NCBI GenBank assembly: GCA_965238275.1
Contig: OZ250186.1
Span: 960,001-1,024,000, forward strand
Direction of reading: 5' to 3'
Length of the DNA stretch: 64,000 bases
Origin: Nitrosopumilus sp.
GTDB taxonomy: Archaea > Thermoproteota > Nitrososphaeria > Nitrososphaerales > Nitrosopumilaceae
Position numbers and translations under genes: made by a program. The notes under the pieces were generated by a model, which was not told the origin of the DNA, searched no databases, and saw nothing but the letters and a program-made list of their open reading frames with translations. Of the stretch, positions 51,059-61,404 are shown one piece after another; the stretch's first letter is position 1; the number at the start of each line of letters is the position of its first letter.

Positions 51059-52012
51059 ATGGACGTAACAGGTGATTCGCAAACCATAGAAGAGATCCGG
51101 GCAGAGATTGATAAACTAAAAAGGAAGGCGATGATTCTGGATTCGTCGTCCACAAGCACTATCAAGGGATCCTATTCAAAGAAACCGGCATCAAAGACTG
51201 CAGCCAAGAAGCCTGCAGCCAAGAAAACCGCATCAAAGACTGCAGCCAAGAAAACCGCATCAAAGACTGCAGCCAAGAAGCCGGCAGCCAAGAAAACCGC
51301 ATCAAAGACTGCAGCCAAGAAGCCGGCAGCCAAGAAAACCGCATCAAAGACTGCAGCCAAGAAAACCGCATCAAAGACTGCAGCCAAGAAGCCGGCAGCC
51401 AAGAAAACCGCATCAAAGACTGCAGCCAAGAAGCCGGCAGCCAAGAAAACCGCATCAAAGACTGCAGCCAAGAAGCCGGCAGCCAAGAAAACCGCATCAA
51501 AGACTGCAGCCAAGAAAACCGCATCAAAGACTGCAGCCAAGAAGCCGGCAGCCAAGAAAACCAAACCCAAAGAATCTGAAAAAACGCCCGAAGAGGAGAT
51601 GGAGGCAAGCCTCTCTAATGAGGAGATTGAAAATTTTCGGATTGAAAAGGTCGACATGGACAAACTCACAAACAAGGTATGCGTCATTCTGGCAGAACGC
51701 GAATCAAACGGAATGCTTCAAAACGAACTGTGGAAGAAACTCAAACTCTCAAACCGTGACGGCTCCCGTCTGTCATTGAAGCTTGAGAGAATGGGAACCA
51801 TTACCAGAGAGAAACTTCTTCAGAAGAACCGCTGGACTTACAAACTAATCCTAAAAAAGACCCCAATCAGTACCAAATCTATCGAGAATGCCCCCTGCCT
51901 GGTGTGTCCTGTTGAACAAAGATGTACCATAGACGGTGAAATCAGCCCTAGAAGCTGTCAGCTTATTGAGGACTGGGTAATCAATTCGATGAAGAAGCCG
52001 AAGTCCCGATGA
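51059..52012 (+). CDS. TFE-beta/RPC34-like protein (wHTH plus Fe-S motif) with histone H1-like repeat N-terminus
   Basis: GMLQNELWKKL wHTH; PCLVCP....C...GEISPRSC.LIEDW motif. Confidence 0.8.
   Translation: MDVTGDSQTIEEIRAEIDKLKRKAMILDSSSTSTIKGSYSKKPASKTAAKKPAAKKTASKTAAKKTASKTAAKKPAAKKTASKTAAKKPAAKKTASKTAAKKTASKTAAKKPAAKKTASKTAAKKPAAKKTASKTAAKKPAAKKTASKTAAKKTASKTAAKKPAAKKTKPKESEKTPEEEMEASLSNEEIENFRIEKVDMDKLTNKVCVILAERESNGMLQNELWKKLKLSNRDGSRLSLKLERMGTITREKLLQKNRWTYKLILKKTPISTKSIENAPCLVCPVEQRCTIDGEISPRSCQLIEDWVINSMKKPKSR
51178..51562. repeat. Coding tandem repeat of 27-bp (KKTASKTAA) and 15-bp (KKPAA) units
   Basis: aagaaaaccgcatcaaagactgcagcc / aagaagccggcagcc mosaic. Confidence 0.95.
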
Positions 52013-52599
52013 GGCTCATAGACGCCCGCAAGGATCCCTACAGGAAGCTGGCCCATGAGCAGGGTTATAGAAGTAGGGCCGCATACAAGCTCAAGGAACT
52101 GAACCAGTCTTACCGCATAATCGGTCCGGGATTCAACGTACTTGATCTCGGATGCGCTCCCGGAGGCTGGACCCAGATGGCTGTAAAACTGGCAGGAAAC
52201 CAGGGCAAGGTAATGGGAGTAGATCTGTCCTATGTGGAGGAGATTTCAGGGGCTTACATCATCCGGGATGATATAGGAAACGAGGCTGTCATAGACGAGA
52301 TCATGTCGTATTTTGAACGCAAGGTCAACGCCGTAATATGCGATCTCTCCCCGCAGGTCAGTGGAAACTGGTCAGTTGATCATGCAAAGCAGATCTCACT
52401 CAACTATGACTGTGCCCGAATCATGGATCAGGTTCTGGCACGCAAGGGGAATGCCGTCTTCAAGTTGTTTGACGGGGAGTATTCCATGGAGTTTCGGGAC
52501 TACATACGCAAGAAGTTCGCCCGGACAAACCTTACCAAACCCAAGGCAAGCAGAAAACAGAGCAGCGAGTTGTACTGCGTATGCCTGGGATTTATGTGA
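52009..52599 (+). CDS. rlmE: 23S rRNA Um2552 methyltransferase
   Basis: YRSRAAYKL, DLGCAPGGW, KPKASR..SSELY. Confidence 0.93.
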   Translation: MRLIDARKDPYRKLAHEQGYRSRAAYKLKELNQSYRIIGPGFNVLDLGCAPGGWTQMAVKLAGNQGKVMGVDLSYVEEISGAYIIRDDIGNEAVIDEIMSYFERKVNAVICDLSPQVSGNWSVDHAKQISLNYDCARIMDQVLARKGNAVFKLFDGEYSMEFRDYIRKKFARTNLTKPKASRKQSSELYCVCLGFM

Positions 52600-53752
52600 T
52601 GGACGAAAAGATCTCCCCAACCTCGTCAATTCTGGCATCGGTTCTGAATCCTGTAGGGTCAAGCGATGTGGGGCTGGCAAGAAAATCCTTTCTCTGCAGG
52701 CAACGTACTGCATCCTCCAGACTGGGCGGCGAGATCCCCGTCCTTGAGGCTACCTCGTCAAGTGTAAAATACGTTCCAGGCATATCTGATTCCATCACGC
52801 ATCTGTCGATGATCCTATGACAGGCCTTGTTTACATTCAAACCTGCAATCTCTGACGACATTGCCTGCACAAACTTTCTCTCAAAGATCTGCCCTGTCCA
52901 CAGGGGACCTGCTGTGCTCACATCCTGTCTGCATACCTGGCATTTGGAATCCATTACAGGCGAGACTCTTCTGTGTTTGCAGTTATTGCAGTGCAGAATG
53001 TAGCCTGTGTTCTCCTGCGGATCCGGCCTGCTTTGGACCCTGACGTACGTTCTGTAGTAGTGCATGTTGCTCTCTACAAACACCGGCGTTATCGTGACTC
53101 CCAGCCTTGCAGCAACCGTCCTCAGGCATCCCAGAATCAGCCTTATTGCAATCTCATTTCTATACACGGCCCTGACAGGAGTTCCCCCGTACCTTCTCTT
53201 GCACGCATCATTAAAGAGCCCGTTGAGCACTTGAAGATCCGTTGCCGTTGCAGAGAGGATTCCCTTGTGCATGGTTGCGCGAATCCCACAGTCAAAGAAC
53301 TGGGCAGGCGAGCCAAACGGGTCAATGTCGACAATTGCCCCCCTGCTTCCGCTTCTTGAACAGCTACTCAGAAACCTGCATGCCTCGTCCCCGGAAAACT
53401 TTACGTTTTCCATACCGTTGAGCTTTGCAGAATGGCGAGCCATCTCCAGTGCAGACGGGTTTAGATCATTGACGATGACGCTCTGTACATCAAGCTCGTT
53501 TCCAACCCTTAGTCCCCTGGCCCCCACCCCGGAAAGCGCCTCCAGGAATACCCTTGCACCCTCAAAGCCTCTCAGAAATGCAGCATATGCGGCAATCGAC
53601 AAGTCCCGGGTAAGGGACGCCCTGGGATTGAAAAACGCCGGCCTTCTTGGCGGAACGCTCTCCGTCATTGACTTGCTTGGAACCAGCAGCCTTGTCCTGC
53701 CCTCGACAATCTCCACAAGCGATCCGTCCAAAACTTCCAATTGATTCTCCAC
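52592..53752 (-). CDS. trm1: tRNA (guanine-N2)-dimethyltransferase
   Basis: FFNP, GARGLR, DIDPFGSP, TATD, GPLWTG. Confidence 0.92.
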   Translation of the reverse strand: MENQLEVLDGSLVEIVEGRTRLLVPSKSMTESVPPRRPAFFNPRASLTRDLSIAAYAAFLRGFEGARVFLEALSGVGARGLRVGNELDVQSVIVNDLNPSALEMARHSAKLNGMENVKFSGDEACRFLSSCSRSGSRGAIVDIDPFGSPAQFFDCGIRATMHKGILSATATDLQVLNGLFNDACKRRYGGTPVRAVYRNEIAIRLILGCLRTVAARLGVTITPVFVESNMHYYRTYVRVQSRPDPQENTGYILHCNNCKHRRVSPVMDSKCQVCRQDVSTAGPLWTGQIFERKFVQAMSSEIAGLNVNKACHRIIDRCVMESDMPGTYFTLDEVASRTGISPPSLEDAVRCLQRKDFLASPTSLDPTGFRTDARIDEVGEIFSSIT

Positions 53753-53798
53753 TGTCGGAGACTACAACGGTTTAATACCTGTATCTTGGGACAGAATC

Positions 53799-54416
53799 GT
53801 GCAAATATCTGGGGTCGACGAGGCCGGGCGCGGTTCCATGCTGGGCCCGTTGGTAGTTGCAGGGGTTCGGATGGAGAAAAACCGGATACGCCAGTTGTCT
53901 GCACTGGGCGTTAGGGACTCTAAGAAACTCTCTCCAAAATCCCGCCAGAACCTCTATCATAAGATAACCGGGATGGTAGACGACTACTGCATAGTAAGCG
54001 TACCTCCGAGATCCATTGATGCAAGCGTCAGAATGCACCACCTTAACATACTGGAGGCCAGGTACATGGCAAGGGTCGTCTCAAGACTGGCCCCTGACGT
54101 ATCGTACGTTGATTCATGCGATGTCAACGCTGACAGGTTTGGAAGGGAGGTCTCCCGTCTCTCCGGGCATAGGGTTCGCTCGTACCATCATGCAGACAGC
54201 AGGTTTGTAGTGGTGTCTGCTGCCTCCATTCTTGCAAAGGTTGCCCGGGACGAGGCAGTTGCCAGACTCCGCCGGGTTCATGATCTGGGAAGCGGATATC
54301 CGTCGGATCGTACCACGGTAAAATTTGTAACCGGATACTATGAGGCACATCACGCCATGCCAAGCTTTGTGCGCAAGAGCTGGAAGCCGATCCGGCGAAT
54401 CATGAATCAGTTGTGA
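53799..54416 (+). CDS. rnhB: Ribonuclease HII
   Basis: GVDEAGRG, DSKKL, SAASILAKV.RD, GSGYPSD. Confidence 0.95.
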   Translation: MQISGVDEAGRGSMLGPLVVAGVRMEKNRIRQLSALGVRDSKKLSPKSRQNLYHKITGMVDDYCIVSVPPRSIDASVRMHHLNILEARYMARVVSRLAPDVSYVDSCDVNADRFGREVSRLSGHRVRSYHHADSRFVVVSAASILAKVARDEAVARLRRVHDLGSGYPSDRTTVKFVTGYYEAHHAMPSFVRKSWKPIRRIMNQL

Positions 54417-55081
54417 TATCTTGCAATGACAATTGCATGATCCTTGTCATACGGGTGTAAGTCGATGGTCTGCATTATGTCAAATTTTCCTCTCAGCTTT
54501 TCTGACTCCTCCCTGACAATCCTCTGCGGCTCCTTTGTCACATCTATACTTCTTGTCTTGATTACCAGTAGCAGGTATCCCCGGTCCTTGAGAAACGTCT
54601 CGCAGTTCAATATTGCAATCCTTGTCTGATCCGGCTGCGCAATGTCAGTATACACGACATCCATCCTGCCAAACACTGCAGAGTACTCCTTTGGGGTTCT
54701 TGCATCCTGCAGTACGGGAATTATGTTTGATCTGTGCGAGGCCACCCTGTCCAGAAAGTCCCTTGCAACCCTGCTTGCATGCTCCACGCCGAAGACTATT
54801 CCGCCGGGGCCTACTATGTCTGAGATGTGGCTGACAGTGGTTCCAGTCGAGGCCCCAAGGTACAGAACCTTGGTCCTGTTTTCAAATGGGAACTCTTCAA
54901 GACCGTTCATTATTGCAGCTGCCAGCTTGCTTCTGAACGGATCCCACAGCCTGTACTCTGTTCCCTTTTTGACTAGCAGTTTCTCCTTGTACACCTGGCG
55001 TCCGGGCACCATGTTCTCTGTTGCCAGTCTTTTCTCCCCGTCTGATCTTATCCACTGGAATGGTGGGTTATCTCCGTCCAA
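54407..55081 (-). CDS. flpA: Fibrillarin-like 2'-O-methyltransferase
   Basis: WDPFRSKLAA, LYLGASTGTTVSH, DIAQPDQ; TTG start inferred. Confidence 0.93.
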   Translation of the reverse strand: MDGDNPPFQWIRSDGEKRLATENMVPGRQVYKEKLLVKKGTEYRLWDPFRSKLAAAIMNGLEEFPFENRTKVLYLGASTGTTVSHISDIVGPGGIVFGVEHASRVARDFLDRVASHRSNIIPVLQDARTPKEYSAVFGRMDVVYTDIAQPDQTRIAILNCETFLKDRGYLLLVIKTRSIDVTKEPQRIVREESEKLRGKFDIMQTIDLHPYDKDHAIVIARYHN

Positions 55082-56336
55082 ACTTTTTTCTCTTCTTGCC
55101 CCCTGCATCGGGTTTTTTCCCGCCTTTTTTGTATCTGTCTCCTCTTCTGGAGCCGTCCCTTCCCCTGGAGCCGTCTCTTGGCCCGTCATGCCTGAACGGC
55201 TGGGTTCTTGGATCCCTCTCAACCGGGTTCTCATACTTTTTACCTATCTCATCGACTCTGATGTTGAGTTTTTCAAGCAGGGTGTTGTTTATCCCCTCTC
55301 CGTATACGTCCACCCTTGCTGCAATTGCCGCCTTTGCCGCAATTGCCCGTGCAATCTTTCCCCTCTGCCATCTCGGAGCGGAATGAACCATCGCATGCTG
55401 GAAGAGCAGTCCGTGCTTTGGCGGCTGGGATCCTGTCTTGAGTGATCTGAACAGGGCCCTTTCTGCCCCTATTACCTGTATGGTGCTGGCCGGCAGTGAT
55501 GCCAGCCTCTTGATGCTTCCGGCCCGTGCAAGAATTCTTGCACCAACTGCCGTCCCAAGTATGACCGAAAGGTTTGGTGCGACTTCCTCCATGCCGATTC
55601 TGATGTGTTCTTCAAGACTCCTTCGCATCTCGTACAGGTTTAGCAGCTGTTCTGCCATGGACTGTACTATTGCCAGATTCCCGTCAGAGATGTCCCCGCC
55701 CCTGCTCCTTGATGCCACCAGCAGGAGCATCTCTACCTTGGATTCTGGAAATCCTGCATCCTCAAAGGACTGCTTTGTGAGGGAGCTGCGCCTTCCCGCA
55801 GAGACGATCTGCGCATAGCCGTTGATGCTGTCAATGACGTTGTCCAGCTCTGGAAAATGCAGTCCGTACCACTCCCTCAGTCTTGAGCTTAACGCGTTTG
55901 CTATCTTGTCAATCTCATCAAGCGAGTTTATTGCCTGTATGATGTGCAGGTCCGGACTCTCAGAGGCCTCGGTAACTCTGGATGAGGAGAGTCCGAGTGC
56001 AAACTCCCTCAGTTTTCCCAGTGCGTCATGCGGATTGGATGCAAAACCCGAATCCGCTATCACCTGGGGCTTGGATGCCTGGACTGCCTCGATCTCAGAA
56101 TCCTCCATGATTCTGGCATCAATGGAGTTCCTCTTCAGAATGTTGAGAAGAGACTGGTCACTTACCGTCACCCCCCTCTGAATGGATGTAAGATAATCGC
56201 TCAGCTGGCTAAGCCCTGCCTTCTTGTCCTTTACTGCAAGATAGTCCCTGACCGGTTCTCGGAATGCAAATGATTTCTGCAATGCCCCATCGTCAAACAC
56301 TGCGATTCCAAGCTCTGTCAGGATTACAGAATACAT
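55068..56336 (-). CDS. nop5: C/D box RNP protein Nop5 (Nop56/58)
   Basis: REWYGLHFPEL, PASTIQVIGAE, PPKHG. Confidence 0.94.
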   Translation of the reverse strand: MYSVILTELGIAVFDDGALQKSFAFREPVRDYLAVKDKKAGLSQLSDYLTSIQRGVTVSDQSLLNILKRNSIDARIMEDSEIEAVQASKPQVIADSGFASNPHDALGKLREFALGLSSSRVTEASESPDLHIIQAINSLDEIDKIANALSSRLREWYGLHFPELDNVIDSINGYAQIVSAGRRSSLTKQSFEDAGFPESKVEMLLLVASRSRGGDISDGNLAIVQSMAEQLLNLYEMRRSLEEHIRIGMEEVAPNLSVILGTAVGARILARAGSIKRLASLPASTIQVIGAERALFRSLKTGSQPPKHGLLFQHAMVHSAPRWQRGKIARAIAAKAAIAARVDVYGEGINNTLLEKLNIRVDEIGKKYENPVERDPRTQPFRHDGPRDGSRGRDGSRRGDRYKKGGKKPDAGGKKRKKFGRR

Positions 56337-56473
56337 GACTGATACACCTATGATGCCTTTAAAAAAGATACCAGAACCGCCTCAGGATGGATGGGTGTGG
56401 ACGGGATGACCGTGCACAAGTATGATTGTACTGCAACAAAAGACGTGATGCCTGCAGATAGTCTCCTGACCGG

Positions 56474-56656
56474 CTAGCGCTTCCTTCTTCTCTGCCCGGG
56501 CTTGTTCTGTCCTGGAAACCTGCCAAGCACAAACCGCTTCTTGAAGTTGCTTTTGTTTCGAAGGCTAGAGTTGGTTCCGACGATCTTTCTTCCCTCCACC
56601 TTTGGAGTCTGTCCCCGTACCTTTCCTGCCTTGGTCAGCGAACCGTGAGTTGCCAT
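56474..56656 (-). CDS. rps30e: 30S ribosomal protein eS30
   Basis: HGSLTKAGKVRGQTPKV. Confidence 0.95.
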   Translation of the reverse strand: MATHGSLTKAGKVRGQTPKVEGRKIVGTNSSLRNKSNFKKRFVLGRFPGQNKPGQRRRKR

Positions 56657-56751
56657 ATCTTAGACGACACTGCAGTGAATTTATGTATTTGGAATGACTC
56701 TCCTTTTTTCATGTTACTGACGCCTGCCATGAACTGCCAGGCAGCATGACA

Positions 56752-58482
56752 CTACCAGTATTTGGCCTTTACAGTCTCGATTACCTGTTCGTGTTCCTTG
56801 CTCTTCTTTCGGGCGTATCTTTCCATGGCTCCTAGTGGAACGCCGCCGAGGGATCTTGCAATGGCATTAAAGAAGTATCTCTGGGGGCCCTTGGCGCCTG
56901 TCTTGGTCATGAACTTCTGGATGCCATACTTGAAGTTGTGCTGCCATGTCTTGTAAAGGACGCCAAGCTGTGCAGGCGTCATCTCGTTTCCAATGTTGAA
57001 AAAGTCGGACTTTTCAAGCAGTCCTATGGGAACAAACGTCAGCGCCGTGGCCGTAAACATCGATTCAGGCTGCTCGCGTTCCAGCTCGTTAATCAAACGT
57101 ATGGTCTCCCACGAGTCCTCCGGAGTCTCGTCGTTGTCAAGTCCCATGATGAGGGTGAATGCCGGAATCCAGTAGTCCTGGTTCAGGGTCTTGACGCCCT
57201 CCTTGACAACCCAGTGCCACTCGTCTGGACTGTATGGCGCAAGCTTTCTATCGGCGTACTTGCCTATCAGCCTCAGACTCCCCGTCTCAAATCCCGCCTG
57301 GACGCCGATCATGTTGTCAGGTCCTGCCTTCATGATCCTTGAGAGGCTTGGAATCAGCTTTTCATCGGCAATGGCTCCTGCAAGCGTGCCGTGGGTCGGG
57401 TTTGTATGTTTGACGCCTGTGGACATGATTGCAGTGAACAGCTCCTCTAGCGCCTCCCTGTTTGGCTCCATGCCCTTGGCGGTTCTAGGATTCATCCCAT
57501 AGACAAAGATGTCGTCGCTGTGCACCCATGCAGACGTGGCACCGCCCTTCTTCATGTTGATCTCAATCTCTTTTTTGACCTTCTCTGGCGGATAGTATCT
57601 GAGCGATCTCAGCGTGACGTCGCAAAACTTGCATCCCCTTCCGCAGCCCCTCATCACCTCGACCATTCCGTGCATGCTGGGCTCCACTATGTTGGGAATC
57701 TCCTCAAGATCCGGCCTGTCCCAAAAGTTCACGAACCTGGCATGTATCTTCTTGCCATCCCTTTCAAACTCCTTTATGTTGACCTTGAAATTACTCCTCT
57801 TCCTGAACGGGTCCATGTTTTCAAAGTCGCCGTTAATCAGATAGTTGAAGAATCTTCCTGCGTGGCCGTCGATCTCCGGGGCTATTCCTCCAAGCTCCCC
57901 TTCCAAAATGGCATATATTCCAAACTCCTCGATCTTTGCCGGGTCATAGTTGTACTGCCATGTTCCAGATGCGCCGGAGATTACCTTGGCCTTGCTTCCT
58001 GTCTTGGCCTTGGCAGCCTTGATTCTCTGATGAAGCTCCGTATTGTAGTATTCGTCATATGAGATCTGTTTTCTGCCGTACGTAAACGTCATGGTTACCG
58101 GACCCATTCCGAGCGGATCCATCTCGTATGTTCCTACAGCCTCTGTCCTGGGCCCGATGAACTTCTCTATGTGATCCGGATGCGCCACCACCACCTCGCT
58201 TCTGTCAAATCCGTCCCGCAGAAGTCCTGCCTCAAGCTTTCTTAGTCCGTACGGTGCATAGTCTGCAACGCCGTTGGTATGGGGAATGTAGTTGCAGATA
58301 AAATCAAACAGAACCTTGGGGGTTACCTGTTTTCCAAGAATCTTGTACAGCAGGCTGCTCTTGTCCCTGTGCGGATCAAGTGCGGGCGCACACCCAAAGA
58401 ACGTAGCAAGAGACAGTCCCCTGTATGGAGACATTAGTGTACGATCTGCTGTTAGGACTATTTTTGGTGTTTTCATCCCCAA
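56752..58482 (-). CDS. Radical SAM protein, probably B12-binding; candidate GDGT ring synthase (Grs) family
   Basis: CGRGCKFC; N-terminal LTADRTLMS, APYGLRKLEA, DPLGMGP. Radical SAM is secure; the Grs assignment is from memory. Confidence 0.75.
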   Translation of the reverse strand: MGMKTPKIVLTADRTLMSPYRGLSLATFFGCAPALDPHRDKSSLLYKILGKQVTPKVLFDFICNYIPHTNGVADYAPYGLRKLEAGLLRDGFDRSEVVVAHPDHIEKFIGPRTEAVGTYEMDPLGMGPVTMTFTYGRKQISYDEYYNTELHQRIKAAKAKTGSKAKVISGASGTWQYNYDPAKIEEFGIYAILEGELGGIAPEIDGHAGRFFNYLINGDFENMDPFRKRSNFKVNIKEFERDGKKIHARFVNFWDRPDLEEIPNIVEPSMHGMVEVMRGCGRGCKFCDVTLRSLRYYPPEKVKKEIEINMKKGGATSAWVHSDDIFVYGMNPRTAKGMEPNREALEELFTAIMSTGVKHTNPTHGTLAGAIADEKLIPSLSRIMKAGPDNMIGVQAGFETGSLRLIGKYADRKLAPYSPDEWHWVVKEGVKTLNQDYWIPAFTLIMGLDNDETPEDSWETIRLINELEREQPESMFTATALTFVPIGLLEKSDFFNIGNEMTPAQLGVLYKTWQHNFKYGIQKFMTKTGAKGPQRYFFNAIARSLGGVPLGAMERYARKKSKEHEQVIETVKAKYW

Positions 58483-58524
58483 CAGAATACTCGAGTGATT
58501 TATTTTAAACCTTGCTAGTCTCGC

Positions 58525-59337
58525 CTAGTATGCCTCTAGCATTCCGGCCTTATTCCTGTAAAAATGCCCAAATTCCCTGTTTTGTAGAAGATGTTCTCCG
58601 TCAAAGACGGTTCCATCCCTGCAGACAAGATCTCCTCCCGTACAGCAGCTGCCGCAGATTCCTACCCCGCACTTCATCATCCGCTCAAGACTGGCCTGTA
58701 CAAAGATTCCGCGTGAGTGCGCAGCCTGCACGGTCTTGTGCATCATAATCTCAGGCCCGCAGACGTACACGCCGTCATAGGATATCTTGCCGACTAGGCT
58801 CTTGACAAGTTCGGTAACGAGTCCCCTCTCCCCATAACTCCCGTCGTCAGTGGATACCATTATCCTGTGCCGGTTGCCCGCCAAAAGCCTGTCTGCAAGA
58901 TCCTCAAAGAATACCTCCTCTCTTGACCTTGCCCCGATTAGGACCGTGACATCGTCTTCTGGACTGACGGTGGTAAGCAGTCTCATTATGGGAACCAGGC
59001 CGGTACCGCCTCCCACCATCAAGAGCCTGCCTGTCTTGAGACAAAACGAGTTTCCATAGGGCCCACGTACTCCGATCCTCCCCCCGGCCCCTATCTGAAA
59101 CAGTCCTGACGATGCAGGTCCGTGACGCCTTACGGTAAATGCAGCCTTTCCGGCCTCTTCTGATATCATCACACTCATGGGCAGCTCGTTTATGCCCGGA
59201 ACCCAGACCATTGCAAACTGTCCGGGAAGGGCACTTGACATTATCTCATCTGAGAATACCAGGGTTCTGACAGTCGGGGTCTCATCAATCACCTTTTCGA
59301 CTGTGACGATTGCAGGATGGTTACGATCCCTGTGCAA
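58525..59337 (-). CDS. pyrK: Dihydroorotate dehydrogenase electron transfer subunit
   Basis: PGQF, RGPYGN, GGGTG, CGPE, MKCGVGICGSC. Confidence 0.93.
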   Translation of the reverse strand: MHRDRNHPAIVTVEKVIDETPTVRTLVFSDEIMSSALPGQFAMVWVPGINELPMSVMISEEAGKAAFTVRRHGPASSGLFQIGAGGRIGVRGPYGNSFCLKTGRLLMVGGGTGLVPIMRLLTTVSPEDDVTVLIGARSREEVFFEDLADRLLAGNRHRIMVSTDDGSYGERGLVTELVKSLVGKISYDGVYVCGPEIMMHKTVQAAHSRGIFVQASLERMMKCGVGICGSCCTGGDLVCRDGTVFDGEHLLQNREFGHFYRNKAGMLEAY

Positions 59338-60232
59338 GTCCCACCATGTCCGTTATCCTGGCAATGTCCATCTCTGCCATGTACTGTAATATGCCGCCGT
59401 TGATCTCGTCAAATATGTTGATCCATCTGTCCCCCACTGCGCTTCCAAGCTGTACTGCGCATGCTCCTGCCAGAAGAAACTCGACGGCATCCTCCCACGA
59501 TGATATGCCGCCGCATCCGATGACAGGGATGTCATACTTGGAGACTATCTCATAGACGCAGCGCAGCGCGATCTGCTTGATAGGGGTTCCGGAGAGCCCC
59601 CCGAACCCATTGCTGAGAATGGGCCTCTGTGTTCTGACATCAATTGCAATGGACCGGACAGTGTTTATGGCAGTTATTGCATCAATTCCCGCGCTGATGG
59701 CAGTCCCTACGGTATCGAGGTAGTGTGTTGTGCCTAGGCCCACTTTTGCAATGACTGGCACGTCAGATGCGCCCTTGACTGCAGTCACGATATCCTCTAC
59801 CAGCCTTGGGTCATCGCCTACCTCCAGTCCGACCTTCTCCACATGCGGACATGACAGGTTCAGTTCGTATGCCGTAACCCTGCAGCCCTTAAACCGGGAA
59901 ATCATCGTCTCAAACTCCTCCGGGACGGATCCCACAAGACTCACAATTATTGGAACATCCTGGTTGGATCTTATAATTTCTGCAAATGCCGTCGCTCCCG
60001 GATTGGACAACCCTACTGCATTGATCCATCCTCCCCCCTTTACGCTGATTATGGTGGGGTTGGGGTATCCCTCCCACGGTTCATTACTCAGGGACTTTGT
60101 TACAACTGCACCCGCTCCCGAGCGGTACAGCCTGTCAAAGACATCCATGGAGATTCCAAGGATACCTGATGCCAGTATCACCGGCCTGTCCAGTTGTATT
60201 GTGCCTATGCAGGTTGCTAAGCTGGGCTCCAC
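59321..60232 (-). CDS. pyrD: Dihydroorotate dehydrogenase catalytic subunit
   Basis: ASGILG, VTKS, NAVGLSNPG, NLSCPH, GGLSG; GTG start inferred. Confidence 0.94.
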   Translation of the reverse strand: MEPSLATCIGTIQLDRPVILASGILGISMDVFDRLYRSGAGAVVTKSLSNEPWEGYPNPTIISVKGGGWINAVGLSNPGATAFAEIIRSNQDVPIIVSLVGSVPEEFETMISRFKGCRVTAYELNLSCPHVEKVGLEVGDDPRLVEDIVTAVKGASDVPVIAKVGLGTTHYLDTVGTAISAGIDAITAINTVRSIAIDVRTQRPILSNGFGGLSGTPIKQIALRCVYEIVSKYDIPVIGCGGISSWEDAVEFLLAGACAVQLGSAVGDRWINIFDEINGGILQYMAEMDIARITDMVGLAQGS

Positions 60233-60686
60233 CTTGTTCAATTGGCTTGGCTTTGAATATAACAGTTGTTTGCGCGTTGTGTCTGAGGCAGTGGTCAAGT
60301 CCAAACCCATGGAATTGCGGGCATGGCTATGGAGATGTTTATGGACGGGATGGTGCCAGATCATGCCCCACCCTCTTGTCCCCGAACATCAGGAAGATGG
60401 TCTGGGATGCCAGTCTCAAGGTTACAGTCTATCACATGCTGATAGATACGGGAACAGGAAGGCGCAGAGTCGATTGGATGAATACTTTACAAGTTCTAAT
60501 GGAATGTGGCGACATACTATTTTTACGGGTTCTGTAACATCTTCGAGGGATGAATGGATCTTCTCCAGATCGGATCCGGCAGAAGGGAAATAGTACTCTT
60601 ATCCACACAAACATGAAATAACCATCGTGCTGGCCATGTTCTGGCCGTTCTATGGGGTTTTTTAGGACTGGCAAACAAGTATTAAC

Positions 60687-61220
60687 ATGAACAAAAAAAT
60701 GTTGGTACCGCTTGCCGTCATATTGATTCTCCCCGGAATGTATCTTGGGGGAGCCATACCCATGTCTGTGAACACCGAGGCTTGGTCCCCGGTGTACACC
60801 AACGAGGAGCTGGTGGAGTACAGCGACCTGATCATACACGGCACCCTTACGGACAACTACTCCTACGTGGAGTGGTACACCAGCGGGAACATTGCAGTCC
60901 CATCGGTGTACACTGTTTGGACCATAGAGCACAGTGAAACGTTCAAGGGCCCCGCTGACGGCAAGACCGAGTTCGTCGTAAATGGAGGATCCTACAACAA
61001 CATCGTCCAAGACGTGATGCATGAGACGGAATTGATCAAGGGAGACGACGTGATCGTCTTTCTGACCAAGGAGCCTGACAGCGTCTACAAGGACCACTAT
61101 TACATGGTGGGAATCGAATCCGGCATCTACAAGATCAACGACGGTTTTGCAACAAACAGTTATGTAAAGTCATCCTATGATGTGGATTCGCTCAAATCCT
61201 CCCTCCGGTCATTCACTTGA
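60687..61220 (+). CDS. Hypothetical secreted protein
   Basis: Signal peptide; EELVEYSDLIIHG...VIVFL. Confidence 0.75.
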   Translation: MNKKMLVPLAVILILPGMYLGGAIPMSVNTEAWSPVYTNEELVEYSDLIIHGTLTDNYSYVEWYTSGNIAVPSVYTVWTIEHSETFKGPADGKTEFVVNGGSYNNIVQDVMHETELIKGDDVIVFLTKEPDSVYKDHYYMVGIESGIYKINDGFATNSYVKSSYDVDSLKSSLRSFT

Positions 61221-61259
61221 CTTTTTTTTATATCGTATTGCACCCTCTGTGGTCAGTCG

Positions 61260-61379
61260 CTACTTCCGGTTGAAGACGGGATTCTTGGTGGGATCGAATC
61301 GATGCACTTCCCCGGTCTCCAGATCCGTTACGTGCCACAGGCCGTCAATGACCTCGAATTTGCCCTCGTGATTACTCAT
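61260..61379 (-). CDS. Putative 39-aa protein
   Basis: MSNHEGKFEVIDGLWHVTDLETGEVHRFDPTKNPVFNRK. Confidence 0.45.
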   Translation of the reverse strand: MSNHEGKFEVIDGLWHVTDLETGEVHRFDPTKNPVFNRK

Positions 61380-61404
61380 GTGGAAAAATGTGGTTGGGAA
61401 TTAT

